A stretch of 32,000 bases of DNA from Cupriavidus necator (GCF_016127575.1 NZ_CP066018.1:2400001-2432000); one strand, 5' to 3'. Counted from the stretch's first letter, positions 10,742-20,846 are shown. Notes: a model not told the origin generated them from the sequence alone. Translations and numbers: made by a program.

Positions 10742-11755
10742 ATGTCGTCTGCCACCCTGTCTTCCTCTACCGCTGTCGTGTCTCGCAATCTTCCGCAAAA
10801 GCTCGTCATTGCCTCCCGAGAGAGCCGTCTGGCCCTGTGGCAGGCAGAACATGTGCGTGCTGCATTGCAACAATACTATCCCGCGTGCGACGTGTCCATT
10901 CTTGGCATGACCACGCGCGGAGACCAGATTCTAGACCGTACGCTGTCCAAAGTCGGCGGCAAGGGTTTGTTTGTCAAAGAACTGGAGTTCGCGATGGACG
11001 AAGGCCGGGCGGACCTGGCGGTGCATTCGCTCAAGGATGTGCCGATGGAGTTGCCCGAAGGCTTCGCCCTGACCGCGGTGATGGAACGCGAGGATCCGCG
11101 CGACGCGCTGGTGTCTTCCGCCTACGCCTCGCTGGACGAGATGCCGGCCGGCACCGTGGTCGGCACCTCCAGCCTGCGCCGTGAGGCCGCGCTGCGCAGC
11201 CGCTACCCGCAGCTGGTGATCAAGCCGCTGCGCGGCAATCTGGACACGCGGCTGGGCAAGCTGGATCGCGGCGAATACGGCGCCATCATCCTGGCCGCCG
11301 CCGGCCTCAAGCGCCTGGGCCTGGGCGAGCGCATCCGCGCGCTGATTCCCATCGACGTGTCGCTGCCGGCCGCAGGCCAGGGCGCCCTCGGCATCGAGAT
11401 CCTGGCCAACCGGCCTGAACTTGCGCAATGGCTGGCGCCCCTGAACCACCAGCCGACGGCGCTGGCCGTGAGCGCCGAGCGCGCCGTGTCGCGCATGCTG
11501 GGCGGCTCGTGTCAGGTGCCGCTGGCCGCCCATGCGCGCTGGGAAGGCGATCAGCTGAAGCTGGACGCCTTTGTCGCCTTGCCCGATGGCACGCGCGCCA
11601 TCCGCGCTGCCGCGTCCGGGCCGGCAGTTGACCTGGCTGCTGCCGAAGCGCTTGGCCAGGCCTGCGCGCGCGACCTGCTGGCGCAGGGTGCCGAAGCCAT
11701 CCTCGCGGCACTGGCCGATTCTGGCGATCCCGCCGGCTCCCAAGCTCCTGCCTGA
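10742..11755 (+). CDS. hemC: Hydroxymethylbilane synthase / porphobilinogen deaminase (337 aa)
   Basis: [57 protein letters not shown] and the GGSCQVPL cofactor-Cys region. Confidence 0.95.
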   Translation: MSSATLSSSTAVVSRNLPQKLVIASRESRLALWQAEHVRAALQQYYPACDVSILGMTTRGDQILDRTLSKVGGKGLFVKELEFAMDEGRADLAVHSLKDVPMELPEGFALTAVMEREDPRDALVSSAYASLDEMPAGTVVGTSSLRREAALRSRYPQLVIKPLRGNLDTRLGKLDRGEYGAIILAAAGLKRLGLGERIRALIPIDVSLPAAGQGALGIEILANRPELAQWLAPLNHQPTALAVSAERAVSRMLGGSCQVPLAAHARWEGDQLKLDAFVALPDGTRAIRAAASGPAVDLAAAEALGQACARDLLAQGAEAILAALADSGDPAGSQAPA

Positions 11756-11764
11756 GGCTGCCCC

Positions 11765-13888
11765 ATGCCCAGCCCGACCGTCGTTGTCACACGACCCGCC
11801 GGGCAGTCCCGGCAACTGACCGAGGCGCTGCAGGCCGCGGGCCTGGACGTACTCAGCTTTCCCTTGCTGGGCATCGGCCCGGCCGTTGACGACGCGCCGC
11901 TGCGCGCGGCGCTGGCGCGGCTGAACACCTTTGCGCTGGTGGTCTTTGTCAGTCCCAATGCCATTGCCTACGCGCTCGACGCACTGGCCGGCGTGCAGGG
12001 CGTGGCCGTGGCCCAATGGCCGGCGCAGGTGCCGGTGGCGGTGGTCGGGCCGGCCAGCGTCGCGGCCCTGGCCGAGCGCGGCATCGCGCCGCCCGCGTGC
12101 CGGGTGATCGCGCCCGCGGGCGCTGCCGCAAACGGGCAGGGCCCCGATGACGCCGCACCGGAGGCCGAAGCGCTGCGCTTCGACTCCGAGGCCCTGTGGG
12201 CCCAGCTCGATCCCGCCGCGCTGGCGGGCAAGCCGGTCCTGATCATCCGCGGCAACGGCGGGCGCGACTGGCTGGGCGACCGCCTGCGCGAGGCCGGCGC
12301 CCAGGTCGAGGCCGTCGAGGCCTACCAGCGCACGCTGCCCGAACCCAGCGCCATGCAGTGGCAGGCCGTGCGCGACAACCTGCGTCCCGGCGCGGCGCCG
12401 CATGCGTGGCTCCTAACCAGTTCTGAAGCGGTGCGCAACCTTGACGCGCTGGCACGCCAGCATCTGTCGCCTGAGGAAGACGCTGCCCTGCGGCAGGTGC
12501 AGTGCATCGCGCCGCATGCGAGAATCGCCGAACAGGCGCTGGCGCTGGGCTTCCCCCATATCCTGCGCGCCGCCCCGGGCGATGCCGGCCTGCTGGCGGC
12601 GTGCCTGCAGTGGGCCGATGCCCATGCCGGTCCCGCGCCGGCAAGCATGGCCAGCGCGTCAATCGAAGCCGGCCCGCCCAGCGCCACAGCCGAAGCGCCG
12701 CCGGCCCCCGTGCCGGACGCAGCAGTTCCCGCAACGTCAACGAAGGTCGAACGCGTGACGCAAGAAACCACGTCCTCCTCCGCTACGCCGCCGCCCACGG
12801 CGGCCTCCGCAGCATCGGCGCAAGCAGCGTCCGCGCCGGGCCCGGCTACCCCCGCTGCTCCCAGTGCAGCCTCACGGCGGTCCGCTGCGTTGTGGGCGCT
12901 CGTCGTCGTGCTGGTGGTGGCGACGGCTGGCGGCTTCTGGTGGCTGCAGCAGCGCGTTGACCACCTGACCGGCGAGCTGGCGCGCCGCCAGCAAAGCAAC
13001 GATGCGCTGGTGCAGGAGTCGCGCGTGCTGACCCGCAACGCGCAGGACACGGTCAAGGAACTGCAGGCCAAGGTCGGCGCACTGGAGAACCAGGTCGGAG
13101 AGACCCGCGACAAGCAGGTGGCGCTGGAACAGGTCTACCAGGACCTGATGCGCAACCGCGACGACTGGGAAATCGCCGAGATCCAGCAGTTGCTGACCAG
13201 TGCCGGCCAGCAACTGCAGCTGACCGGCAACGTGCAGGTGGCGCTGGCCGCGCTGCAAAGCGCCGACGCGCGCCTGGCGCGCGCCGACAAGCCGCAATAC
13301 AACCTGCTGCGCCGCGCGATCGCGCGCGACGTCGCGCGCATGAAGGCGGTGCCCGACACCGACCTGACCGGTGCTGCAATTAAACTGGACGAGGCCATCA
13401 ACCAGGTCGACTCACTGCCGCTGCTGTCCAGCGAACGCATGCTGGAGCGCAGCGAGGCCGACGCCCGCAAGGGTGCCGCGGCCAACGGTGCCAGCGCGCC
13501 GGCCGCCGCCGCCAACGGCGCGGGCCCGGGCTGGTTCACGCGCCTGTGGGATTACCTGCGCGAAGAACTGGCGCAGGTGGTCCGCATCCGCAAGGTCGAC
13601 GACGCCGAGGCGCTGCTGCTGTCTGGCGACCAGGGCTGGTTCCTGCGCGAGAACGTCAAGCTGCGCCTGCTCAACGCGCGCCTGGCATTGCTGTCGCGCA
13701 ACGAACCCGTGTTCCGCAACGACCTGGCCGCCGCGCAAGCGATGATCAGCCGCTATTTCGATACCAAGTCGCGCCGGGTGCAGGGGGTGCTGACGCTGCT
13801 GCGGCAGGCGCAGGCCGGCGCGGTCACGGTGCAGCTGCCCACCATGTCCGAAAGCCTGGGCGCGCTGCATGCCCTGAAGAAGGAGTAA
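11765..13888 (+). CDS. hemD: Fused uroporphyrinogen-III synthase (HemD, N-terminal ~290 aa) and HemX-like membrane protein (C-terminal ~330 aa)
   Basis: The N-terminus is HemD-like (VVVTRPAGQSRQLTEAL, LVVFVSPNAI, WLLTSSEAVRNL). An Ala/Pro/Ser-rich linker follows, then a TM segment (ALWALVVVLVVATAGGFWW), a coiled-coil region and a HemX-like C-terminus (WEIAEIQQLLTSAGQQLQL, DWFLRENVKLRLLNARLALL). It is a single uninterrupted frame of 707 aa. Confidence 0.85.
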   Translation: MPSPTVVVTRPAGQSRQLTEALQAAGLDVLSFPLLGIGPAVDDAPLRAALARLNTFALVVFVSPNAIAYALDALAGVQGVAVAQWPAQVPVAVVGPASVAALAERGIAPPACRVIAPAGAAANGQGPDDAAPEAEALRFDSEALWAQLDPAALAGKPVLIIRGNGGRDWLGDRLREAGAQVEAVEAYQRTLPEPSAMQWQAVRDNLRPGAAPHAWLLTSSEAVRNLDALARQHLSPEEDAALRQVQCIAPHARIAEQALALGFPHILRAAPGDAGLLAACLQWADAHAGPAPASMASASIEAGPPSATAEAPPAPVPDAAVPATSTKVERVTQETTSSSATPPPTAASAASAQAASAPGPATPAAPSAASRRSAALWALVVVLVVATAGGFWWLQQRVDHLTGELARRQQSNDALVQESRVLTRNAQDTVKELQAKVGALENQVGETRDKQVALEQVYQDLMRNRDDWEIAEIQQLLTSAGQQLQLTGNVQVALAALQSADARLARADKPQYNLLRRAIARDVARMKAVPDTDLTGAAIKLDEAINQVDSLPLLSSERMLERSEADARKGAAANGASAPAAAANGAGPGWFTRLWDYLREELAQVVRIRKVDDAEALLLSGDQGWFLRENVKLRLLNARLALLSRNEPVFRNDLAAAQAMISRYFDTKSRRVQGVLTLLRQAQAGAVTVQLPTMSESLGALHALKKE

Positions 13889-13892
13889 GCCC

Positions 13893-15083
13893 ATGCGCCT
13901 TCTGTTCTGGGTTGCGGTCCTGTTTGGCGGCGCCGTCGGGCTGGCCCTGTTCACGCAGTTCAACCACAGCAATGTGGTGCTGTTCTATCCGCCGTATCGC
14001 GTCGAGCTGTCGCTGAACCTGGCGCTGGCCTTGCTGCTGTTGCTGTTCTTCGTGGTGTGGACGGTGATGTCCACCGTCCGCCATCTGGCCGACATGCCGC
14101 GCCGCGCCGCCGCCTACCGCGAGCGCAGCCGCATGAGCAAGGCACAGGCGGCGCTGCGCGAGTCGATCGAAAACCTGTTTGCCGGCCGCTTCGCCCGCGC
14201 CGAGCGCGCCGCGCGCGAGGCGCAGTCCTGGGATGACCAGGCCCAGACCGCCGCGCTGATCGGCGCCCGCGCCGCGCACCGGATGCAGGAAACCGAGCGG
14301 CGCGACGCCTGGATGGCGCAGGTCACCGACCCCGAGCGCGAGCAGGCGCGGCTGGTGTCGATGGCCGAGTTGCTGGTCGATGCCCGCGATGCCGACGGCG
14401 CGCTGGAGACCATCGCCCAGCTGCAGTCGCAGGGCGCGCGCCAGATCCACGTGCAGCGCATCGCGTTGCGCGCGCACCAGCACCTGAAGAACTGGACCGA
14501 GGTGCTGCGTCTGGCGCGCTCGCTGGAAAAGCGCAACGCGCTGCATCCGGTGCTGGCGCTGCGGCTCAAGCAGATGGCCGTCGAAGCCATGCTGGAGGAA
14601 CGCCGCCACGACGCCGACGCGCTGACCGAGTTCTGGCGCTCATTGTCCGCCGACGAGCGCCGCGCCACCCGCATCGCCGAACCCGCGGCGCGTTACTTCG
14701 CGGCGCTGGGCCGGCAGAACGAAGCCCGCCGCATCATCGAAGACGCGCTCAAGGTCAACTGGGACAGCCGCCTGGTGCTGCGCTATGCCGATTGCGCCGT
14801 GCCAGGCCACGCGCTGCCGCAGATCCAGCAGGCCGAGAAATGGCTGGCCGCGCATCCCGCGGATGCCGACCTCTATTACACGCTGGGCGTGCTATGCCTG
14901 GGCGAGAAGCTATGGGGCAAGGCCCAGTCCAGCTTCGAGCGCGCGCTGAAATATGCAGAGCCCGACCAGCAGCGCCGCCTGCGCGTGCGCACGCACCTGG
15001 CGCTGGCGCGGCTTTTTGAGGAAACCGAGCGCTTCGACGACGCGCAGCGGCACTATCGCGAGAGCGCGATGCTGGCGGCCTGA
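13893..15083 (+). CDS. hemY: HemY-like TPR membrane protein (396 aa)
   Basis: GAAGGAG SD. The N-terminus has two TM segments (LLFWVAVLFGGAVGLALF; LALALLLLLFFVVWTV), followed by TPR-like repeats. It sits directly after hemD/hemX as in proteobacterial hemCDXY operons. Confidence 0.85.
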   Translation: MRLLFWVAVLFGGAVGLALFTQFNHSNVVLFYPPYRVELSLNLALALLLLLFFVVWTVMSTVRHLADMPRRAAAYRERSRMSKAQAALRESIENLFAGRFARAERAAREAQSWDDQAQTAALIGARAAHRMQETERRDAWMAQVTDPEREQARLVSMAELLVDARDADGALETIAQLQSQGARQIHVQRIALRAHQHLKNWTEVLRLARSLEKRNALHPVLALRLKQMAVEAMLEERRHDADALTEFWRSLSADERRATRIAEPAARYFAALGRQNEARRIIEDALKVNWDSRLVLRYADCAVPGHALPQIQQAEKWLAAHPADADLYYTLGVLCLGEKLWGKAQSSFERALKYAEPDQQRRLRVRTHLALARLFEETERFDDAQRHYRESAMLAA

Positions 15084-15116
15084 GGATTTCAGGCTGCGCG
15101 TAAACTAACCGATTGT

Positions 15117-15153
15117 GTGCTCCCTCTCTCCCGCAAGCGGGAGTGGGGCGCAC
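15117..15153. repeat. Degenerate copy of the REP-like palindrome
   Basis: GTGCTCCCTCTCTCCCGC-aa-GCGGGAGTGGGGCGCAC shares the CTCTCCCGC/GCGGGAG core with 7573-7604 but has an extra CT and mismatches. It lies 34 nt after the hemY stop. Confidence 0.5.
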
Positions 15154-15234
15154 CGACCGCAGGCAAACTGCGGCAGCAATCCGGCCTGCCACCCAGCAGC
15201 CGCGTCACCATCCATCCCTACCACCATCCATTCC

Positions 15235-15942
15235 ATGACTCTCGACCGCATCCTCCAATCCCAGGGCTTTGGCACGCGCCGGTACTGCGGCGACCTGATC
15301 GCCGCCGGGCTGGTCGAGGTCAACGGCGAACTGTGCGAAGACCCGCGCGCGCAGTTTGAAGTCGACGGCCTGCGGCTCACCGTCGACGGCGAGGAATGGC
15401 TGGCCTGCACCAAGGCCTACCTGATGCTGAACAAGCCCACCGGCTACGAATGCTCGCAGCGCCCGCGCCATCATCCCAGCGTCTACAACCTGCTGCCGGT
15501 GCCGCTGCGCCAGCGCGAGGTGCAGGCCGTGGGGCGGCTGGACCACGACACCACCGGGCTGCTGCTGCTGACCGATGATGGCCAGTTCATCCACGCCCAG
15601 ACCTCGCCCAAGCGCAAGGTGCCCAAGATCTATGAAGTGACGACTGCCGAGCCGGTCACGCCGGAGCAGGCCGAAGCGCTGTGCAGTGGCGTGCAACTGC
15701 TCGACGAACCGGCGCCGATCGCTGCGGAAGCGTGCGAGATCACCGGCGAACGCAGCCTGCGGCTGACCCTGGTGCAAGGCAAGTACCATCAGGTCAAGCG
15801 CATGGTGGCGGCGGCCGGCAACCATGTCAGCGCGCTGCATCGCAGCGCCATTGGCGGCCTGCGGCTCGATCCGGCCCTGGCCGAAGGCGAGTGGCGCTGG
15901 CTGACGGCGCAGGAGCTGGCCGCACTGACCCGCAAGGATTGA
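15235..15942 (+). CDS. rsuA: 16S rRNA pseudouridine synthase, RsuA family (235 aa)
   Basis: N-terminal S4-like domain (MTLDRILQSQGFGTRRYCGDLIAAGLVEVNG), catalytic motif GRLDHDTTGLLLLTDDG, and KYHQVKRMVAAAGNHVSALHRSAIGG. By eye it is colinear with E. coli RsuA. The track ORF start at 15115 runs through the REP-like repeat, so the ATG at 15235 is preferred. Confidence 0.8.
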   Translation: MTLDRILQSQGFGTRRYCGDLIAAGLVEVNGELCEDPRAQFEVDGLRLTVDGEEWLACTKAYLMLNKPTGYECSQRPRHHPSVYNLLPVPLRQREVQAVGRLDHDTTGLLLLTDDGQFIHAQTSPKRKVPKIYEVTTAEPVTPEQAEALCSGVQLLDEPAPIAAEACEITGERSLRLTLVQGKYHQVKRMVAAAGNHVSALHRSAIGGLRLDPALAEGEWRWLTAQELAALTRKD

Positions 15943-16035
15943 GCCAAACTGCAACCCCAGACCGTGGCCGGGCGCTCATTGCTGCACTGCAGCGTCCGCC
16001 AATCTTTTCCGGAAGACCCCCGGCGATTTGATAAA

Positions 16036-16617
16036 ATGCAAGGCATGGCGAAGCCCGAAGCACCTATCAATCTGACCAATCAGTTCCTGATTGCCATGCC
16101 TGGCATGGCTGATCCGACCTTTTCGGGTTCCGTCGTCTATATCTGCGAACACAATGAGCGTGGCGCGCTCGGGCTGGTGATCAACCGGCCCATCGACATC
16201 GACATGGCCACGCTGTTCGACAAGATCGACCTCAAGCTTGAAATCCAGCCAGTCGCGCACCAGCCGGTCTACTTCGGCGGCCCCGTGCAGACCGAGCGCG
16301 GCTTTGTGCTGCATGACCCGGTGGGCGTCTATGTGTCGTCGCTGGCCGTGCCCGGCGGGCTGGAGATGACCACCTCCAAGGACGTGCTCGAGGCCGTGGC
16401 CAACGGCAGCGGCCCGCACCGCTTCCTGCTGACGCTGGGTTACTCCGGCTGGGGCGCCGGCCAGCTGGAGGAAGAGCTCAGCCGCAACGGCTGGCTGACG
16501 GTCCAGGCCGACCCCGAGATCATCTTCAGCGTGCCGCCCGACGATCGCTTCGCCGCCGCCATCCGGCTGCTGGGCATCGACTTCACCATGCTGTCCGGCG
16601 AGGCCGGGCATGCCTGA
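16036..16617 (+). CDS. yqgE: YqgE/AlgH family protein (UPF0301)
   Basis: [49 protein letters not shown] and [15 protein letters not shown] match the YqgE/AlgH pattern. The start could be ATG 16036 or ATG 16045. Confidence 0.85.
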   Translation: MQGMAKPEAPINLTNQFLIAMPGMADPTFSGSVVYICEHNERGALGLVINRPIDIDMATLFDKIDLKLEIQPVAHQPVYFGGPVQTERGFVLHDPVGVYVSSLAVPGGLEMTTSKDVLEAVANGSGPHRFLLTLGYSGWGAGQLEEELSRNGWLTVQADPEIIFSVPPDDRFAAAIRLLGIDFTMLSGEAGHA

Positions 16618-17035
16618 TGCCGTGGGGCGTGAACTGCCCCGCGACGGCACGGTCCTGGCATTCGACTACGGCGAAAAAAAGATCGGTGTCGCGCTGGGCA
16701 ACTTCATCACGCGCGAGGCGCGTGCGCTGACCATCCTCCCCAATATCACCGTGGAAGGCCGCTTCGAGGCCGTGGCGGCGCTCATCCAGGAGTGGAACCC
16801 GGTGCAGCTGATCGTCGGCATGCCGGTCAACCCCGAAGGCGGCGAGCAGCCCTCGATGAAGCTGGCGCGGCGTTTCGGCAACCAGCTCAATGGCCGCTTC
16901 GGCCTGCCGGTGGAGTGGGTGGACGAGCGCTATACCTCGCGCGCCGCGTCGATGGCCGGCGCCCGCCGCGGCGAGCTCGATGCCGAGGCCGCCCGTATCA
17001 TCCTGCAACAGTATTTCGACCAATTCCCGCTATGA
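16610..17035 (+). CDS. ruvX: Putative pre-16S rRNA nuclease / Holliday-junction-resolvase-like YqgF (141 aa)
   Basis: [17 protein letters not shown]-terminal RNase H-fold motif and VDERYTS near the C-terminus. It overlaps the yqgE stop by 8 nt. Confidence 0.85.
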   Translation: MPDAVGRELPRDGTVLAFDYGEKKIGVALGNFITREARALTILPNITVEGRFEAVAALIQEWNPVQLIVGMPVNPEGGEQPSMKLARRFGNQLNGRFGLPVEWVDERYTSRAASMAGARRGELDAEAARIILQQYFDQFPL

Positions 17036-17568
17036 CGCAGATTTCCGTTCCCGACGCCGAGTCGCTGTACCGCAAGCTGCTGGACCAGGCCCAGGCGTTG
17101 ATCCCCGAGGCCGAGCGCGCGCGCTGGTCGGTGGCCGGCATCTACTCAGGCGGCGCATGGATCGCCGCGCGGCTGGCCGCTGACCTGAAGCTGCCCGAGC
17201 ATGGCGTGATCAACGTTGCCTTCCATCGCGACGACTATGCCAAGAAGGGCCTGCACAGCCAGGCCCAGCCGACCACGCTGCCGTTTTCGGTGGATGACCG
17301 CAACATCCTGCTGATCGATGATGTGCTGGCCACCGGCCGCACCATCCGTGCCGCCGTCAACGAGCTGTTCGACTACGGCCGCCCCGCGCGCGTGGCGCTG
17401 GGCGTGCTGGTCGACCGCGGCGGGCGCCAGCTGCCGATTGCCGCCGACCTGACTGCCGCCGAGATGGCGCTGCCGCCCGGCACCACGCTGGTGCTGTCGC
17501 GCCAGGGCGAGGGCGCCGGCGCACAATTCGCCTTTGCGACCGAACCTACCGATTCCGCCACCGGCTGA
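17032..17568 (+). CDS. pyrR: PyrR-type regulatory protein / uracil phosphoribosyltransferase (178 aa)
   Basis: PRPP-binding motif [17 protein letters not shown], plus [10 protein letters not shown] and [15 protein letters not shown] overlap with the ruvX stop. Confidence 0.85.
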   Translation: MTQISVPDAESLYRKLLDQAQALIPEAERARWSVAGIYSGGAWIAARLAADLKLPEHGVINVAFHRDDYAKKGLHSQAQPTTLPFSVDDRNILLIDDVLATGRTIRAAVNELFDYGRPARVALGVLVDRGGRQLPIAADLTAAEMALPPGTTLVLSRQGEGAGAQFAFATEPTDSATG

Positions 17569-17660
17569 ACCGGCCCGCATGCCCCAGGCGCGCCCGTGCG
17601 CGCCTGACCCCCAGCTCCGAGACCAGACCACCTCCGTTTTTTGCCCGCGCCCGACCAGCC

Positions 17661-18635
17661 ATGACCAAGACGTTCCGCAACCCGCAGCTCACCAAGAACG
17701 GCGAACTGAAGCACCTGTTGTCGATCGAGGGGTTGTCGCGTGACATGATCACGCACATCCTCGACACCGCCAGCCAGTTCGTATCGCTGTCCGACTCAGA
17801 CCGCGATGTCAAGAAGGTGCCGCTGCTGCGCGGCAAGAGCGTGTTCAACCTGTTCTTCGAGAACTCCACCCGCACCCGCACCACCTTCGAGATTGCCGCC
17901 AAGCGGCTGTCGGCGGACGTGCTGAACCTGAACATCAATGCCTCGTCGACCAGCAAGGGCGAGTCGCTGCTGGACACCATCAACAACCTGTCGGCGATGT
18001 CAGCCGACATGTTCGTGGTGCGACATGCCAGCTCGGGCGCACCTTACCTGATCGCCGAGCACGTCGCGCCGCACGTGCACGTGATCAATGCCGGCGATGG
18101 CCGCCACGCGCACCCGACGCAAGGCCTGCTGGATATGTATACGATTCGGCATTTCAAGAAGGACTTCACCAACCTGACGGTGGCTATCGTCGGCGACATC
18201 CTGCACTCGCGCGTGGCACGCTCCGACATCCACGCGCTGACCACGCTGGGCGTGCCCGAAGTGCGCGCCATCGGCCCGCGCACGCTGCTGCCGTCGGGGC
18301 TGGAGCAGATGGGCGTGCGCGTCTTCCACGACATGGAAGAGGGCCTGAAGGGCGTGGACGTGGTCATCATGCTGCGGCTGCAGAACGAGCGCATGAGCGG
18401 CGCGCTGCTGCCGTCGGCGCAGGAATACTTCAAGGCCTACGGCCTCACGCCGGAGCGCCTGGCACTGGCCAATCGCGACGCCATTGTGATGCACCCGGGC
18501 CCCATGAACCGCGGCGTCGAGATCGACTCCGCCGTGGCCGACGGGCCGCAGTCCGTGATCCTGAACCAGGTGACCTTCGGCATCGCCGTGCGCATGGCGG
18601 TGATGGGCATCGTGGCGGGAAATAGCGACGAATGA
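17661..18635 (+). CDS. pyrB: Aspartate carbamoyltransferase catalytic chain (324 aa)
   Basis: [19 protein letters not shown] (carbamoyl-phosphate site), [21 protein letters not shown] and [11 protein letters not shown]. Confidence 0.95.
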   Translation: MTKTFRNPQLTKNGELKHLLSIEGLSRDMITHILDTASQFVSLSDSDRDVKKVPLLRGKSVFNLFFENSTRTRTTFEIAAKRLSADVLNLNINASSTSKGESLLDTINNLSAMSADMFVVRHASSGAPYLIAEHVAPHVHVINAGDGRHAHPTQGLLDMYTIRHFKKDFTNLTVAIVGDILHSRVARSDIHALTTLGVPEVRAIGPRTLLPSGLEQMGVRVFHDMEEGLKGVDVVIMLRLQNERMSGALLPSAQEYFKAYGLTPERLALANRDAIVMHPGPMNRGVEIDSAVADGPQSVILNQVTFGIAVRMAVMGIVAGNSDE

Positions 18636-18697
18636 TGCAGTCGAGCGACACGAGCCAGAACACACTGAACCAGCCAAGCGACACGACAAGCCAAGCT

Positions 18698-19981
18698 ATG
18701 AAGATTCACATCAAGGGCGGCCGCCTGATCGATCCGGCCAGCAACACCGACGCCGCGCAGGACCTCTACATCGCCGCCGGCAAGATCGTCGGCGTGGGCA
18801 GCGCCCCGGCGGACTTCACCGCCAACAAGACCATCGATGCCAGCGGCCTGATCGTGTGCCCCGGCCTGGTCGACCTCTCCGCGCGCCTGCGTGAGCCCGG
18901 CTACGAATACAAGGCCACGCTCGAATCCGAAGTGGCCGCCGCCACCGCCGGCGGCGTGACCAGCCTGGTCTGCCCGCCCGATACCGATCCGGTGCTCGAC
19001 GAACCGGGCCTGGTCGAAATGCTGAAATTCCGCGCCCGCACCCTGAACCAGACCCACGTGTACCCGCTGGGCGCGCTGACGCTGGGCCTGAAAGGCGAGA
19101 CCCTGACCGAGATGAGCCAGCTGACAGAGGCCGGCTGCGTCGGCTTCAGCCAGGCCGAGGCCCCGGTGCACAACACCCAGGTGCTGCTGCGCGCGCTGCA
19201 ATACGCCAAGACCTTCGGCTTCACCGTCTGGCTGCGCCCGGAAGACCCGTTCCTGGGCGGCGGCGTCGCCGCCAGCGGCGCGGTGGCGTCGCGCCTGGGC
19301 CTGTCCGGCGTGTCAGTGATCGCCGAAACCGTGCGCCTGCACACCATCTTCGAACTGATGCGCAGCACCGGCGCGCGCGTGCACCTGTGCCGGCTGTCGT
19401 CAGCCGCCGGGCTGGAACTGGTGCGCCAGGCCAAGCGCGAAGGCCTGGCCGTGACCTGCGACGTCAACATCCACCATGTCTCGCTGACCGACATGGATAT
19501 CGGCTACTTCAACTCGCAGATGCGCTTCTCGCCGCCGCTGCGCAGCCCGCGCGACCGCGACGCCATCGTCGCCGCGCTGGCCGACGGCACCATCGACGCC
19601 CTGTGCTCCGATCACACCCCGGTCGACGACGACGAGAAGCTGCTGCCGTTCGCCGAGGCATCGCCGGGCGCAACCGGCCTGGAACTGCTGCTGCCGCTGA
19701 CCCTGCGCTGGGCCGCCGAGCACAAGGTTCCGCTGGCCCTGGCACTGGGCCGCATCACCGCCGAGCCCGCCCGCGTGATCGGCCTGAAGGCCGGCACCCT
19801 GGCCGTCGGCAGCGCCGCAGACGTATGCGTGTTCGACCCCAGGCAGGTCTGGAAGGTCGACCGCCGCTCCATCAAGAGCCAGGGCAAGAACTCGCCGTGG
19901 CTCGGCTACGAGATGGAAGGCAAGGTCCGCATGACTCTGGTCGGCGGGCAAGTCGTCTACGGAAACCACGCCCACGCATGA
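18698..19981 (+). CDS. pyrC: Dihydroorotase-like protein lacking the His-x-His metal site (PyrC'/PyrX-type, probably non-catalytic)
   Basis: Amidohydrolase/DHOase-like throughout (MKIHIKGGRLIDPASN, CPGLVDL, REPGYEYKATLESE, CSDHTPV). Where type-I dihydroorotases have D-x-H-x-H, this protein reads DLSAR (18872-18886). The start is ambiguous: ATG 18698 fits the family N-terminus, while ATG 18632 (ATGA overlap with pyrB) would add a 22-aa SDT(S/T)Q-repeat leader. Confidence 0.8.
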   Translation: MKIHIKGGRLIDPASNTDAAQDLYIAAGKIVGVGSAPADFTANKTIDASGLIVCPGLVDLSARLREPGYEYKATLESEVAAATAGGVTSLVCPPDTDPVLDEPGLVEMLKFRARTLNQTHVYPLGALTLGLKGETLTEMSQLTEAGCVGFSQAEAPVHNTQVLLRALQYAKTFGFTVWLRPEDPFLGGGVAASGAVASRLGLSGVSVIAETVRLHTIFELMRSTGARVHLCRLSSAAGLELVRQAKREGLAVTCDVNIHHVSLTDMDIGYFNSQMRFSPPLRSPRDRDAIVAALADGTIDALCSDHTPVDDDEKLLPFAEASPGATGLELLLPLTLRWAAEHKVPLALALGRITAEPARVIGLKAGTLAVGSAADVCVFDPRQVWKVDRRSIKSQGKNSPWLGYEMEGKVRMTLVGGQVVYGNHAHA

Positions 19982-20811
19982 TCTGGCTGCGCAAGACCGC
20001 GCTGGTGCTGCACCTGCTGCGCGGGCTGGTGACCTGCGCCTTGCTGTTCCCGTGGCTGGGCGTGCGCACGCGCGAGTGGCATATCCGCCGCTGGTCGCGG
20101 CGGTTGCTGCGGATTTGCGGGGTGGAGGTCGAGGTGGTGGACGCCACCGGCGCAGCGCCGCACGGCGCCGGCCGCCAGGGTGCGATGGTGGTTTCCAACC
20201 ACATTTCGTGGCTGGACATCTACGTCATCCACAGCTGGCAGCCGGTGCGCTTCGTCGCCAAGTCGGAGATCCGCAGCTGGCCGCTGATCGGCTGGCTGTG
20301 CGGGAAGACGGGAACGATCTTCATCGAACGGGCGCGCAAGCGTGACGCCCACCGCGTGCTGCATGACATCACCGACGTGATGCTGCAGGGCGACCTCGTC
20401 GGCGTGTTCCCGGAAGGCACGACGACTGACGGCACCGAGGTGCTGCCATTCCACGCCAACCTGATGCAGGCACCGATTTCTGGTGGATTGCCCGTGCAGC
20501 CCCTCGGACTGAACTACCTCGATGCCACTACGGGTCAACCAACGCTTGCCGCCGCCTACATCGGCGAGACCACACTGCTGCAGTCACTGGAAGCGGTCTT
20601 GCGCGCACCCAGGATCAAGGCCAGGCTGGTAATCGGGCCTGCGCTGGTGCCGGCCTCGGGCGACCGCCGCGAGCTTGCGAACTCCGCCAGGGAGGTGGTC
20701 GCCCACCTCAGCCAGGGCGCGCCGGAACACGCTGCCGCCGCGGCCCGGCGGCTGAACCACCCCGTTGAGCCCGGCGGCGTGCCCCAGCCGAGCTCCGCTG
20801 CCATCAGCTAG
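19978..20811 (+). CDS. Lysophospholipid (1-acyl-sn-glycerol-3-phosphate-type) acyltransferase (277 aa)
   Basis: N-terminal TM segment, acyltransferase H-x4-D motif (NHISWLD), and FVAKSEI, GTIFIER and FPEGTT blocks. ATGA overlap with the upstream stop. Confidence 0.8.
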   Translation: MIWLRKTALVLHLLRGLVTCALLFPWLGVRTREWHIRRWSRRLLRICGVEVEVVDATGAAPHGAGRQGAMVVSNHISWLDIYVIHSWQPVRFVAKSEIRSWPLIGWLCGKTGTIFIERARKRDAHRVLHDITDVMLQGDLVGVFPEGTTTDGTEVLPFHANLMQAPISGGLPVQPLGLNYLDATTGQPTLAAAYIGETTLLQSLEAVLRAPRIKARLVIGPALVPASGDRRELANSAREVVAHLSQGAPEHAAAAARRLNHPVEPGGVPQPSSAAIS

Positions 20812-20846
20812 CCGTCCTGTCGTCCCCGCCAACGCGGGATTGCCAG

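Noticed and set aside
17586-17642. An 8-bp GC hairpin (AGGCGCGC-ccgt-GCGCGCCT) and a TTTTTT run between pyrR and pyrB, considered as a PyrR-type attenuator.
   Set aside because: The T-run is about 30 nt downstream of the hairpin with no stem directly before it. I see no PyrR binding-loop-like motif (the Bacillus-type UCCAGAGAGG). RNA-level attenuation is therefore not supported by the sequence alone.
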